This document shows positions 1-13,660 of a DNA stretch of 64,000 nt, piece by piece (position 1 is the stretch's first letter; each line of letters opens with the position of its first letter). Source of the stretch: Callorhinchus milii (taxonomy: Eukaryota). The stretch is from NCBI RefSeq assembly GCF_018977255.1, contig NW_024704742.1, positions 120,282,001-120,346,000 on the forward strand, in the 5' to 3' direction. The position numbers were made by a program, and so were the translations under genes. The notes under the pieces are model-generated. The model was not told the DNA's origin. It did no database searches and saw only the letters and a list, made by a program, of their open reading frames with translations.

Positions 1-2685
1 TGCAGTCCTGCTGATCCACAAATTGTGTGCCCACAGATGATTCAGTGCATGGGTGACCTTAGTGAAGCATTTTATGCAATGTGTTTCAGGATCTATTCTT
101 GGTGCCCATTTAATGTTATTTGATGCCAGAATTGCTCATTTGTTGCTTGTGATCTGAGAGTAAAGGAGCTGTTTGGAATTGTGCTGTGAAGCGTATCGTG
201 GTGTGCTTTGACTACCATTAAAATGGAGAGATAAACCCAAATTAATAGCATATTTTTACTCTTTTGTTGGCTAAATTACCGTTGCACTTTAGTTTCAATT
301 TTTTCACCTCAATTTTCTCTTGTTTATGGACATAAAAAAAAACCTGAAAAAAATATCCAAGTGGTAAAAATAAAAAAATTGTGGAGAAATATAAAAATGT
401 AAACTAAAATATACTTCATTGTTCCTTAGGGATATTCATGCCTAATTTGAAAACGGAAAAATAGATTAATTACTTACTTCAGTGAATAGTTTGTGTGGCG
501 GGAAAGAGCTGTGACAAACCATGGATAACATTAATTTACTTTTTACCGTTGTGCATTTCATAGACTTACTCTGGTGAGTGAATGCAAAGCAGAATTTATA
601 GAGCTGAGCTACTTATTTTGAAAGTATTTGTTTAGTTTAAAACCAACACAGCGGAGGGAGAAGATGCAACATCATGTGCATTCTTTGCCGCATGTCAGGT
701 TTATAGACTTCACCATGCTGGTAGAAAAAGAAATTGAGGAGATGCCAGTTGCTCCTTACAGGGAGGGCAAATTAGAGGTCATGTCACCCAAGGCCACTTA
801 CACACATCTGGTTATTGATTCAAGGATAGCATTGACATTCAGAATGGTCTTAGAGCAGGTCACCCACTCATTATCTCAGTCAAGGGTATTGTTGCTGACA
901 CTGAACTTTCTCAAGATCCAGTGGCTCTGGATAGACTCCCAGTATTCCCTCCCATTAAATGAAATGGAGCACCTCTGGTCCTCGCAATGGGGAAAGTATG
1001 GTTGTAACACTGTTTTTTCCCTCTCTGTGGTTTTTGGGAATTCCGCCTACACTTTAATGCTTCTTCAAAACTGTGTTTATATAAATTATATAGATTGCTT
1101 TTAAGGAATATTTTTGACAACAGGATTGATGTAACCTACAAGTTTCGTCCACAAAAGTATACAGTCAATTACTTTACAGCATATTCTGTGAAGAGCTTTG
1201 AGACATCTCAAAGACGTGTTTGAGACGAATGCAAGGATTATTATTATTATAAGTTGCATTTTATTCAGTTATCTGCTCATCAATTTAAGAATCATTAAAG
1301 CTTTATTATTTTATACTTGGTGTCTTCCTGTTAGTTGTGCAGTGACCCCTGGTGGAAAGTACCTGTAGATGGATATCCTTTGAGACAACTGTGATATTCC
1401 CCTGCCTGGTAACAATCACTATCTGGACTTAGTGAAGAATGGTCACTTGAAAGAGGAATCAAAGGGCTACTGACACCTACACAAGAAAACAGAAGTCCCC
1501 TAAAGGGAATTAGCAACTTTATATACTTACATAAATACAGATCTGATAGAGATTAATACTAAGATTAATACATTTGGATAATAGTATTTCATACTTCTGT
1601 CAGTGTCTCCTTGCTTTTGGCTCTGACATCCTCAACCTTCACGGCCTCTCTCTCCAACTCAGTGAACCAAATATAACCAAGTATTTAGTTTGACTCTCTG
1701 CTCTCTTTCCTCTTTCACATTCGGTCCCTAATCAAAGGACATTCTAGCTTGTCTGCATCTTCACCACATTGCCTGCCTCTGTCCCTGTCTCACCTCTAAT
1801 GCTGCTGAAAGCCTCTCTCAACCCCTCCATCTCACCCCCTCTATCATCTATCTTAAAAACCTACTCTTTGACCGTGCATACTGTCACCTTCCTCCTCCGG
1901 CACTTTCTTTGATACTCTATGTGAAGGGTGCTATATAGATGCAAGTTGTTACTGTCATTTAGTTTAGCAGAGATACAGTATATCTCTGGCTGGGTTTATA
2001 GTAAGTAATTGTTTATAGTAAGTATAGTAACTGATTGTTTGGTGGATACTCCAATGTGTCATAATCTCAATCACTAATGACTCAGATACATTAAAGTAAA
2101 TAATGAGTCAGAGATGTGGTGAGTTGTGTTAGCATTGCCTGTGCTCTGTAACCCTGAACAGGGTTGGATACATACTGCTCTGCTCAATTCCCTATACAGC
2201 TTTGTCAAGTAGGATGTCAACAAGTGGTAACCACCTTCTCTCTCAATAAGGAAAAATAAGAAGTCATGTCTAGGTGGTCCCCACTAGTTCTTGGCTGCTG
2301 ATACAAGGGTGTAGGTAGCAGGCTGGGAACAAGCTGCCACCTGCCTTCTAAGCTGTAGATATCAGACCAGATAGTTGCAGGTTAACTACAGGAAAAAAAA
2401 GGGAAAACTCATTTGAATACTCCTGTTTAAGGGAAAAATAATCCAAATTGATTCCTTTTTTTAAAAAGCAATTTACAGAGGCATTATGTGTTTTTGTTTG
2501 TTAAGCAATCATCTGAAATCTATAACGTAGCTGTTTACCATAACAAAATCTCTTATTTTACTACTACAAACCATTTGATTACTGCTTTGTTTGTGATGGC
2601 TTCAATTCCTGAACAAGTAGCTCTGTAGCTGTCAGTTGCTTAACAACTAACCCGGCTAAAGCAGTTGATTTTATTTATTCCTTAG

Positions 2686-2903
2686 AAGACCTCACAGGAA
2701 GAGGAAATCGCTGGTGGTTGAATGATCCCTCGGCCTTTCCAGCTTCTTTGCCAAATAACAACACAGCAAGCAGTCACCATCGACAAAAGAGATCAATAAG
2801 CCTGGAACGCTTTGTGGAAACTCTTGTAGTGGCAGACAAAATGATGGTGGGATACCACGGCCGCAAGGATATTGAACATTACATCTTGTCTGTAATGAAT
2901 ATT
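2686..2903 (+). CDS. ADAMTS6: ADAMTS6 internal coding exon: end of propeptide, furin site RQKR (2781-2792), start of metalloprotease domain
   Basis: Acceptor ttatttattccttag ends at 2685, with a tandem AAG allowing a start at 2689. Donor ATT|gtaagt at 2904. Translates (E)[13 protein letters not shown]...[43 protein letters not shown], nearly identical after RQKR to vertebrate ADAMTS6 as I recall it. Phases 1/0. Confidence 0.95.
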
Positions 2904-3707
2904 GTAAGTTTTATCCCTTTGTGTTTTTAAATGGTAAATATTTATTGCATATTCATTTCTTTTGAAAATGACGAACAAATGTTATAGCTCAAACGTTTCA
3001 GGCAGTGTTCTAAGAGGAATGTTCTCTTCTCATTTAGAGAGGTTATGACATTTCATAATAATAATTTGGACACTCAATTCACGACTGCTTGTGGGACACT
3101 GTTGTACGCAATTGGCAGCCGCGTTTCGCCCACAAAATATACAGTCAATTTACTTTACAGTACATTCTGTGAAATGTTTTGAGACATCTCGAAGACATGA
3201 TAAGGCTCTTTATCAAATGCAAGGATTATTATTCAATATATAAGGGAATTTGTTTTAATACAATGATTCATGATATCAGTAACTATAATAATAATAATCC
3301 TTGCATTTGATATAGCGCTTTTCACGTCTGCTAAATTTCTCAAAGTGCTTCAAAGAATATACTGCAAAGTGAATTGACTGTATATTTTGTGGGCGAAACT
3401 AACGCTATAAGATAGTTTCATAAGCAATAAAACCAAACTGGAGTACTCAAGCATAGCAGGATTGTTATATAGAATTGCACTTGGGGATATTTTTCCCATT
3501 AGTACAATCTCCAATCTAGAAGATTAGAGCAATATCCAGATGGGGAGAAGCATGAGGGATATTGTCCCTTTAAAAGATTCAACACTGCACGGTTTTTCCA
3601 TTTTTCAACTTTATTTCACCATCATTTTAGAACACGTTTTATCTCTACATTAGTACCATTACTAGTCATGTCCTATTTGCTTTTTATTGTTGACATCTTC
3701 TTAATTG

Positions 3708-4025
3708 AAGTCCTGTAGCATATTGGTTGGAACACTCACCTAGCAAGAAATTGGACCTGGGTTTGATTCCCAGGCAGAGTGAAATGATAGGCAAGTTTTC
3801 TTACTCCACACGCCTCTGTTAACCTAGTAGTAAGTAGGAACCCCGTTGTTAGTCAATTGGCGGATCGCTTTTCCAGGGGTAATAATGGGACACTGCTGTG
3901 CGCAATTGACTGCTGTGTTTCTTTCACAAAATATAGTCAATCCACTTTATAGTATATTCTGTGAAGAGCTTTGAGACGTCTCGAAGACGTGATAAAGTGT
4001 TATGTCCAATGCAAGTATTATTGTT
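3708..4025 (+). mobile_element. SINE family A, long form (tRNA-like head, CORE-like middle, L2-type tail)
   Basis: Head gaagtcctgtagc...gggtttgattcccaggcag, middle ggcaagttttcttactccacacgcctctgttaacctagtagtaagtaggaacc, tail ending (TTA)n. Homologous to many other copies in the window. Confidence 0.85.
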
Positions 4026-4631
4026 AATAAAATGACATTTTTCCCTTTTCTGAGGTCTCTCCATACCCTGCACCATTCCTCTGTTCAGTACAAAAGCATG
4101 CGATTTATTTTGTGGCAATTGGTAATGCTGTTTGGTAATCAGCCACTAGGAGGTGCATAAAATAATCTGGGTTGACACAACCTGTTCCGTCAAATCTGGT
4201 GGGAAGCACGTTATCTCAGAAACTCACACAGCCATTAAGGCTGAGATCAGGAACTTGGCATTTGAAGAAACAATCCCATTTCCCATAACTATCGGATTGA
4301 TTACAAGATCCTCACACTCACATACAAATCACTTAATTCCCTGGCACCTCCCTACCTCTCCGACCAGCTCACATCTCACTCTTCTACCTGCCTCCTTTGC
4401 TCAGGTGGCTCCAGCCTCCTGCACATCCCTCAGGAAAGTTGCATTTGAAGACCTTCCGCTTTGACCGTATGTACGGTCACTTTCCCCCTATCTCCCTAGA
4501 TCGATGTCAAGCTCCGCCACTGTTGAGCAGTCTGAGATCTCACCCTGTGTGAAATACACTATATGAATGCAAGGTTTTGTTGATGTTAACCAGCATGAGG
4601 CAATTGTGGAGTCTGAAAACCAGTTGTGGCC

Positions 4632-5070
4632 ATGTGTGTCAACCTGGCTCAGTCGGTAGCAGTTTTGCCTTGGAGTCAGAAGATTGTGGGGTCAAGCCCC
4701 ATATTGGGATCTGGAACTCATATGATCTTGGCTGACACCCCAATGAAATGCTGAGGGTGTGCTGCATTGTTGAAGGTGACGTCCTTTGGGTGAGACATTA
4801 AACTGAGATCCCTTCTATGGCTGTTCAGGTGGATGTTAAAGATCCTATTGCACTCTTCAACAAGAGAAGGGTGTTTTTCTTGGTGTCCTGTCCAATAATC
4901 CCCCAATAAATTTGGTCAATCACTTCATGGCTGTTTGTGTGACATTGCTGTGCACAGATTGGCTGCTGGGGTCATCCACAAAACACCATCACTACACTTT
5001 ATATTCTGTGAAACGCTTTTAGAAGTCCTCCGAACATGAAAGATGCTATACTAAATGGAAGGATGGTAAT
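4632..5070 (+). mobile_element. SINE family B, Deu-domain type (SacSINE1/AmnSINE1-like), near full length
   Basis: tgtcaacctggctcagtcggtagc...gagtcagaagattgtgggg head; central ggtggatgttaaagatcc...ggtgtcctg resembles the Deu domain as I recall it; L2-type tail. Confidence 0.75.
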
Positions 5071-5320
5071 GTTGATGATTATTATTATTTCAGTCCAAAG
5101 ACATGTTATTGATAAATAGTCGCATGGCAGTAAATGGAAAACAAATAGTACAATTTCTGTGAAACAAATGTACTTTTTTGGATCTGTTTAGATAGTTACT
5201 AATAAATTATTTTCTAATAGTCTCACAATCGTAGAATAAATATTTATTTGCTCATGGAGAGAAATAAGTATAGTGTAGTTTAAGGTTAAATATTTTAAAC
5301 ACAAGTTTCAAGATCGATAG

Positions 5321-5635
<315 letters not shown>

Positions 5636-5928
5636 TGAATCAAGTTGAATGTGATTTAAGTCCATAGTGCTTATTCTACCAAATGTTTTAACATTTGAAT
5701 TGATCAAATTGTTATGCAAAGGGTTGGTGAAAAATAATAAATGATCATGTTATGATTAAAGTCTGACTGGAAGAAATAAAATAAAGGATAGTTTTCAATG
5801 GATAAAAAATGTCAAGAAGGGACTGTTTTATTAAAGCTATATTAATTATAGTCTTCATTTTTATTCTTCAAAGAAGAACTCGTTGTTCAGTTATGCATGT
5901 GAATCTTTTGCATATACTTGTATTTTAG

Positions 5929-6075
<147 letters not shown>

Positions 6076-8951
6076 TAAGACATTTGTTCTGGATATTTGT
6101 ATATACAGTAAACTACGGATAACATGACCCTGGTTTAACTTGTCACTACCATTTGAATTCAGCTTGCTGCCTATGTCCTGGCTGCATTTATTTATGTACA
6201 GTATTCATACATATGCCTAATTCACCACTCCAGATAACTTGCCACTGATTCCTTTTTTCTCTTGGAGTGACGAGTTATCAGGAGTTTACTGTTCGTTCTA
6301 ACAACAGTGTAAAATACTCTACACTACGACTGGTGATCATTATATTTGCATTTAGCTTAACATTTCAACCATTTAGATAGCTTTTAATTGCAGTTTTTCA
6401 TTGCAAATCATGCTTCACATTTGGGTTTTGCCTATTTTGGGCTCTTCAGTTGCAGAGAAGGAGTGATTGTTCTTGACCAGCTCCTGTAGTTAAACGCCAT
6501 GAGGTGCCAGAGATGCTGAGGAAGCGACTCTTTCCTATGATTTTCACTTTCACTGTTGCTGCAGAAAGACTCCACAGGGTCTGCTGGCACCTCCCCATTT
6601 AGGGTCAAATCTATGTTTATTCTTTCCTACTCCAAGCATTCTTGCTGTAACATTTACTGCCAACTCACCAACTTCATTTCAATCTTTAAAGGAAGTCCAA
6701 CCTGCCTGACAATGAAATGGCCCGTACTCTGCCTCAGTTTGAGACTAGCTGCTTTGCTTGGTTCCATATACTTTGGGAGTAAATGTACATAAATGAGTGA
6801 ATCCTGATGTTTCTAACAGCTTGTTGGGTGCTGACAAGCAATGGCCAGAGAACCTATTCCTACAAGCATGAAAAGGGTAAGGACATCATCTAATTGGTTT
6901 TGTCCCTTTTTTTGGTGAGCTGGGTGTCTGGCACATCACCATCACCAGAAACCCATTTTGTCCCTCCTAATGTTAAAGAGAAACTAAAGGGGAGAAATTG
7001 GCTAAAGGTCAACATTACTGCTATCCATTCCATTTTGTGGTCGCTCTCTGTACTGTTGGTGGTAATCATGCTTCTGGTTACTCATTCCCAGGCGCCAACA
7101 GCAAAACAAAATCTGTGTTTAAGCATTAAGGCCCTGTACAAAATACATGTTGGTATGTGGTACATTTGTAGTTTGCTGTATGTAAGGTCAGTAAGTTAGA
7201 TTTATCATGTGTCATTTTGGAACATTCTCCTAAAAAAGAAAATGATCGAATCCAGAAAAGCTAAACCTAGAAGCTGATTCACTTCTGCCACATCTTAAAG
7301 AAGGTTAAAGTAAAAATTGACATTAAATGTAGAAATAGTTTGCAGAAGGTATGCATTGTTTGCATTTTTTTTGTGCTATCACAGTTCTCTACTTGTACTG
7401 AGATAAGGGCTTCAAGGAATGTGATTGTGCAGTATTCTAGGCCAGATTGAAAACAGATGTGTTTTCTATTTATTTTGTTTTAAAAATTGAATGCCCTATA
7501 CTTACTTCTCCATGTAGTTGTACAAGCTATGTTTGAAAAATTATTCCTAATTTAATCAGATCTTCAATTTCCTTTTTATTGGATGACGGAGGAAATCAAT
7601 ATTGGGAAACATGTATAGTCTCATCTCCCAGGACTATAATTGGCAGGCAATTGATGCAGTTGTCAATGGGTTGGAAAAAAATGTAATTGTGGGCACTACA
7701 TATTTAAAAAAAAACAGTTTTATGACTCATCCTGCGGTTCTTCCCTTTCTCCCTGCCTTAACTGATGGAATGGTACACAGTATAATCTTTCTATGTCGAC
7801 CAATGTTCAACTGGTAGAACAGGTTTAAATGTTACAAATATTTACTGCTTTGATTTTTGACATACACATGTCTGAAGATTGTTTGTCCTTACTCATCTAA
7901 TGGATGTTCTTAAGATAATGGATCAAACAAATCTAAATAAAGAGCTGTTTTACATACTTTTATGTGGTCCCCTTTGAGTTCTCTACACAGAACTATAAAA
8001 ATTCTATGATTATTAATAATAAAAACACATCCGAATCCTTACAGACATATAAATACATAGAGCCCTGTTTATATTACCACCCAGTATTAATGGAAGTAAT
8101 GCCAGTACAAAATTGATTGTGACATAATATAATAATACTATTATGAAACTAGGATGAAAAATGGATCCAAGGAGGCAGCTTGGTGGTGTAAAGCATTTGG
8201 TTTTCCAACAAGCAGTGCCCTCAAGAGATCAGAAGTGGGTTTGTGCTGGCAGGTTTCCTATGTTTTTAGTTTCCATTCTGAAACATAATGTGAAGAGGAG
8301 GTACAGAATAGAGGCCAGATCATTCCCAATAGGAAGGAAGGGAGAATTGGCAGTGGAGTCACCCTGGCTGTTCTAGTGGACTTCCCAGTTGTCTTATTAA
8401 AAGTAGGCCTAACAGATCCTTGGAACACATGACCTAACTTGCTCTTTTTGCTCAGAATGTCATTTGAAGTATAATAAGTGTGTGTTGTGTGTTGGGGTGG
8501 TGGTGGGGATTGGTATAAAATGACAAACATACAAAACAAAAATTAGAATGCTATACTTCCTGATGGAAAGTGTTGATGTGCCAGTATACGGAGCATAGAA
8601 TGTGGATTTGCCTCAAAATTCTTTATATGATAGTTGTTAATCTTAGGTAGAGCATAGGGATGTGATCAGCAGATGCACTCAGAACTGCACTGGCACTATC
8701 TAGAGGGTAAGAACACAAGAAATGCTAGACGAAAAAGGACCAAGCTCCATCTAGCTCGCCTTCCACCTTCCTGATGGTCGCATGCACATATGTCCCAAAC
8801 TACCTATGCACTATATCCCATAACGTTATTTCCTAAAAGAAAATCTAATCTGTGTTTGAAAGAATCAGATACAGGAACTGATCATACCAGTCTGATTCCA
8901 GATAATTGTACATGTTGGTTTGAAATAATAAGTCCCAGCTCTACTGCTAGT

Positions 8952-9236
8952 GATAATAATAATAATTCTTGCATTTTGATATAGTGCTTTTCATGTCTTC
9001 GAGACGTCTCAAAGCACTTCACAGACTATACTGTAAAATGAATTGACTGTATATTTGTGGGCGAAATGCAGCAGCCAATTGCACACAGCAGTGTTCCACA
9101 AACAGTTGTGGATTGAAGTAACCAATTGTTTTTTTTATTGATGGATTATTATCAGGTGTGTAGAGTAAGGAAACTTGCCCAAGGTTGCGCCCTGCCGGGA
9201 ATCAAACCCAGGCCTCCACTGAGCTACAGGACTCCA
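8952..9236 (-). mobile_element. SINE family A, short form
   Basis: (AAT)n tail at left, head ...ccactgagctacaggactcc at right; the long-form middle is absent. Confidence 0.85.
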
Positions 9237-9951
9237 AAATAAGCAACGAATCAAACACAACATTATCTTTGAGATTCTAGGATTTTATTAATCTTAAACC
9301 AAAAAAAAGAATATTTTGAATATACACTTTTGTACATTCCAAAGATGCCTATTAAACTTTCCAAAGATGTCCAAACTCTGTGATCTGAACCATATATGTA
9401 CGTTGTGCCATTGAGGGTACTTTGTTTTTCAGTGAAGCTGCTGACTTTATTGTGTCTAGTTTCATAGTGGGATTTAAACCTACTAACTTGTAGATAACTC
9501 ATTTATCCCTACCCACTTGCGTTTACACATATATAGTGCACAATGGTGCACTGTATCAGGTTAGAAATTTGATTCTGTCAGACATGTGCTCTTACAAGAC
9601 ATAGGCGAGTATAAATGGTTCATAGACTTCGTTTAGTTTGGGTAAATGCCATTAAACGGAATCTGATCCCTATTGTAAGCGTCTAAAGCAAATTTTTGAG
9701 TATTACATGGGATTTGACACTTGGCTAGATTGGAGAGGAATAAAAGCGAGAACAGGGTAGAAAGCTACTCTTTAACGTCTGGAACCTGAGTTTGAATGTA
9801 GCTCAGGCGGATGGGATAAAAACCTCTCTGTGGCTGTAATAACCCTGAGTGAAATTAGTTTAGTTCAATGTGATTAGACTTTCTTTGTATATTTTTCACT
9901 TCATATTTGGCTTATTTTGTTTGCTTTCCTGTGAACATCCAAAAGCATTAT

Positions 9952-9985
9952 TGTGTGTGTGTGTGTGTGTGGGGGGGGGGGGGGG
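9952..9985 (+). repeat. (TG)n followed by poly(G). Other simple repeats: (TG)n 28951-28970, poly(C) 31343-31363, (AT)n about 35591-35617
   Basis: Directly visible. Confidence 0.9.
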
Positions 9986-10337
9986 AAATTACCATATTTC
10001 TTTACATTTTAAGACATAATCAAAAGATCACTATTTCTAGAAATTAGTGTTTGATAGTCCCCGATGTGCATGATTATCTCTAAGATTTTTTTGTACAATT
10101 TATAACTTAATGTTCACTACACAGTTTTTCTTTTCTGACTTGTTTCTTTTCTTTATCCTGTACCCTCTTTCCTATCTATATTTCCTTCTGTTGCTCTCTT
10201 TTCTCTGTTTATTTTCATTCTTCCTGCCAAACCTCTCATTGTTTTCTTTCTTTCTGCTATTTCACTAAGTTATTTGCTTTTCTCACTCTCCCTTCCAACC
10301 TGTACATTTTTCTCACTCCTTAGCCTCTTCGGCCCTG

Positions 10338-10914
10338 AATAATAATAATCCTTGCATTTGATATAGTGCTTTTCACGTCTTCTAGACATTTCAAAGTACT
10401 TCACAGAATATACTGTAAAGTGAATTGACTGTATATTTGTGGGCGAAACATGGCAGCCAATTGCGCACAGCAATGTCCCACAAACAATCGTGGACTGAGT
10501 GACCAAATAATTGTTTTGTTGAAGGATTATTATCTCAGAAAAGCGATCCACCAATCAAGTAACAACCAGGTCCCTGCTTGTTGCTTGGTAAACAGAGGCA
10601 TGTGGAGTAAGGAAACTTGCCAAACATTTTGCCCTGCTGGGAATCAAACCCAGGTCTCTCACGCTGCCCCCACCTTTTGGAACTCCATCCCACAGTCCCT
10701 CCATCTCACCCCCTCCTTTGCCTCCTTCAAGACCCATCTCAAGACCCTTCTTTTTGAGCATGCTTTCGATCACCCTGCTTCCCCCACACTCCACCCTCCA
10801 GCTCGGGACCGAAGCATTGACTTTCCAGCGACTTGGGACATACTCCCGACGTGAAAGGCGATAAGCAAATGTAATTTTCTTGTTGTTGTTGTTGAGTGCT
10901 CTAACCACTGAGCT
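10338..10914 (-). mobile_element. SINE family A, long form, interrupted by an L2 3' fragment
   Basis: SINE runs 10338-10660, then a + strand L2 piece ending in (GTT)n, then the SINE head resumes as gagtgctctaaccactgagcta (10893-10914). Confidence 0.8.
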
Positions 10915-11477
10915 AACCTAAACACCATGTACTCTGCAACAAATAATAGCCATTGAGATTCTCTAAGAAGATACCTAATCTGGTACATTTTCTCCAAGAA
11001 TTTCTCTAATAAAGGTGTCCAAATCAATATGGTTTCCAGCATTGGATTAGTTTGTAGTGGAAATGTGAATTATATTTTCTGCCTCTAATTGCAATTGCCC
11101 ACGCCAGAGGCAGGTTTTGCACATGTGTAACGAAGTACCTGAGCGGAACCCTCACACCGGGTGTCAACATGCTATTAAAGAGCCAAACAACCAACTGTTT
11201 AATGATATAAAAAATTGCTTCAATCTTTCTTTAGCGGTATTTCTCTGCCTCAGAGCATTGTTGAAGCAAATCTCATAAATTATTTTAAAAGGAAATTAGA
11301 TTGATGCTTAGAAAATAGGAAGATTGAAGGTATATGGAGCAAGCAGGAGAGTTAGTTTAGACTAGGTGGCTCATACGGAGTAAGACACCAGGGCAGACTT
11401 GATGGGCCAAATGGCTCGTTTCTCTGTTGTAACTTTCTTCAATTCTCGTCTTTTGGACCAGCCAAGAACTGTTAAGA

Positions 11478-11850
11478 GTGGAGTCCTGTAGCACATTGAT
11501 ACGAGCTCTCGCCTCACAAGCGAAAAGTACCTGGGTTTGAATTCCAGACAGGGTGAAACCTTAGGCAAGTTTCTTTACTCCACATGCCTGTTTACCAGCA
11601 GTAAATAGGAACCCAGGTGTTAGTTGATTGGCAGATTGCTTTAATTCCTTCAAAAAAAATGCTAACCTAAACCAAAATAATTTGGTCAATTAATCAACGA
11701 CTGTTTGTGGGACACTGCTGTGCGCAATTTGCTGCTGGTTTTGCCCACAAAACATTCAGTCAATTCACTTTACAGTATATTCTGTGAAGTGCTTTGAGGT
11801 GCCTCAACGACGTAATAAGGTGCTGTTCAAATGCAAGGATGATTATTCTT
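11478..11850 (+). mobile_element. SINE family A, long form
   Basis: Same head, middle and tail as 3708-4025. Confidence 0.85.
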
Positions 11851-12835
11851 ATCAAGCAAGGATTTCTGAGCAGAGATTAAATTGATTCATATCTGTTATG
11901 TTTATACTGCATTACTGCAAATTGATGTTCTGCCTCAACCATTTCCTCAAGGTAATCTTGGCAACTGGGATCTTGAGCAATTTTCTCAATCTCAGTTTAT
12001 GCAGTGAAGCCTGTGTCAAAACAGTTTAAAAAGGAGGCTAATTAATTAGTTAGACTCACCGCTCAAGGGATTCAAGTAGTTATGCCCTACTTTCAACTCT
12101 GTGTAGAAAATAAAGTAACACTTTAGTTTTTATTCATACTAGGTTGGTCTTACTGAAGGTGTACAGCTCCAACATTAGGCATTCAGCAGTGCAGCAGGTG
12201 GAATATTACCCCTCTGGGGTCTCTTATACCCCTGTTAGATGGAGATAAGCCTGCCTCAGGAGGCTACTTTTTTTCCTGATTCTGGAAAGCGAAGAACCCA
12301 AATTGGAATCATATTTCGCAATGTCTCCATAAACAGGAAATCTGACTCAACTGTGCAACGTCATGGAGCGAGTTTACTCTTTTGTCATTCCGTGAGGGCA
12401 GTTCATCGCCCCATAAGTGTTGTACTGACTTTAAAACATTGCGAGCACAATTTTTTTTTGATATCTACCACTGGGATCGAGAAAAAGGCCCTGAGCTAAG
12501 CCCTCACTTTCAGGTGCATCTCCCGCTCTCCGCTATCATTATTTGGGTCAGAGATATGTTAAAAAATCAACTGCAGGTTTATGTTTTGGTGTCGTTCTGA
12601 TACTTACACAACGACGTCAAGACATCGACCTATGCACGGACTATGCATATTTGCTGCAGGTGCAACAATCAGCAAAGTCATTAAATGGCCACAGAGAACC
12701 CAGATTTAATAATTCTTGCATTTAATATAGCGCCTTATCACGTGTCTTTGAGACGTTTCAAAGCGCTTCACAGAATATACTGTAAAATGAATTGACTGTA
12801 TTTTGTGAGTGAAATGCGCATACTTTCACGCTTCT

Positions 12836-12850
12836 TCGCCAGATGGCGGC
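12836..12850 (+). promoter_or_regulatory. Candidate CTCF site
   Basis: tcgccagatggcggc closely fits the CCASYAGRKGGCR core; motif match only. Confidence 0.35.
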
Positions 12851-13398
12851 TTAGACTAATTTTAAAAGGAAACATTTTAAATAATAGTGATTAGGATTCA
12901 AACCAGAGTTAACTCCATGCACTTCCATCAAAATTGGCAGTGATTCAGTTTGGAAAGGGAGGGAGAGAGAAATTATTCTCCTAATGTTACAAAGGGAAGG
13001 GGGTAGTTCAGTCCAAAGCTTATCATTAAGGAGAACACATTTTTAAGTGATTTTCTGTACCACTTTTTAACTAGCCTTGGTGATAGTTAAATAACAAATG
13101 AGTTTAGGAATAACACAATTTTAATCCTGAAGTTTTGTCAGCGGGAGAAATAAGACAACAATTGAGGGGAAAAAACAATTGAGGAAAGAAACAAAACAAT
13201 TGCAGTAAACAAATGCAATGCAGCATGTCGAAAAGATCGACCCTCTCCCCAAAGAATATTTCTTCAAGCAACATGAAAAACATCTAGCCAGTTTGTTGGC
13301 ATTTTCCTAACTTGAATGCGAATATTATTGGTGAAAGTGAGGGTATGTGTAACATGTTCACTTGAATCTGAGTCATGGTACAAAATCAATTACTGCAT

Positions 13399-13660
13399 TA
13401 ATAATAATAATAATCCTTGCATTTGATATAGCGCTTTTCACGTCGGGAGGACGTCCCAAAGCGCTTCACAGAACACACTGTAAAGTGAATTGACTGTATA
13501 TTTGTGGGCAAACGCGGCAGCCAATTGCGCACAGCAATGTCCCACAAACAGTCGTAGATTGAAAATGACCAATTTATTATTGTTTTTGGTTTTGGAGGGA
13601 TTATTATTAGGCGTGTGGAGTAAGGAAACTTGCCCAAGGTTTCGCCCTGTGCCTGGAATT
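13399..13660 (-). mobile_element. SINE family A, short form, young subfamily
   Basis: Nearly identical to 16103-16413 and 36545-36762; the ORF track shows near-identical spurious translations. Confidence 0.88.

Noticed and set aside
628..1104. 158-aa + strand ORF
   Set aside because: TTG start, no recognisable domain and no fit to ADAMTS6. The minus strand may be a decayed LINE endonuclease relic, but this is too weak to call.
9740..9870. Possible LF-SINE-like head fragment
   Set aside because: Resemblance from memory only; too short and diverged to support.
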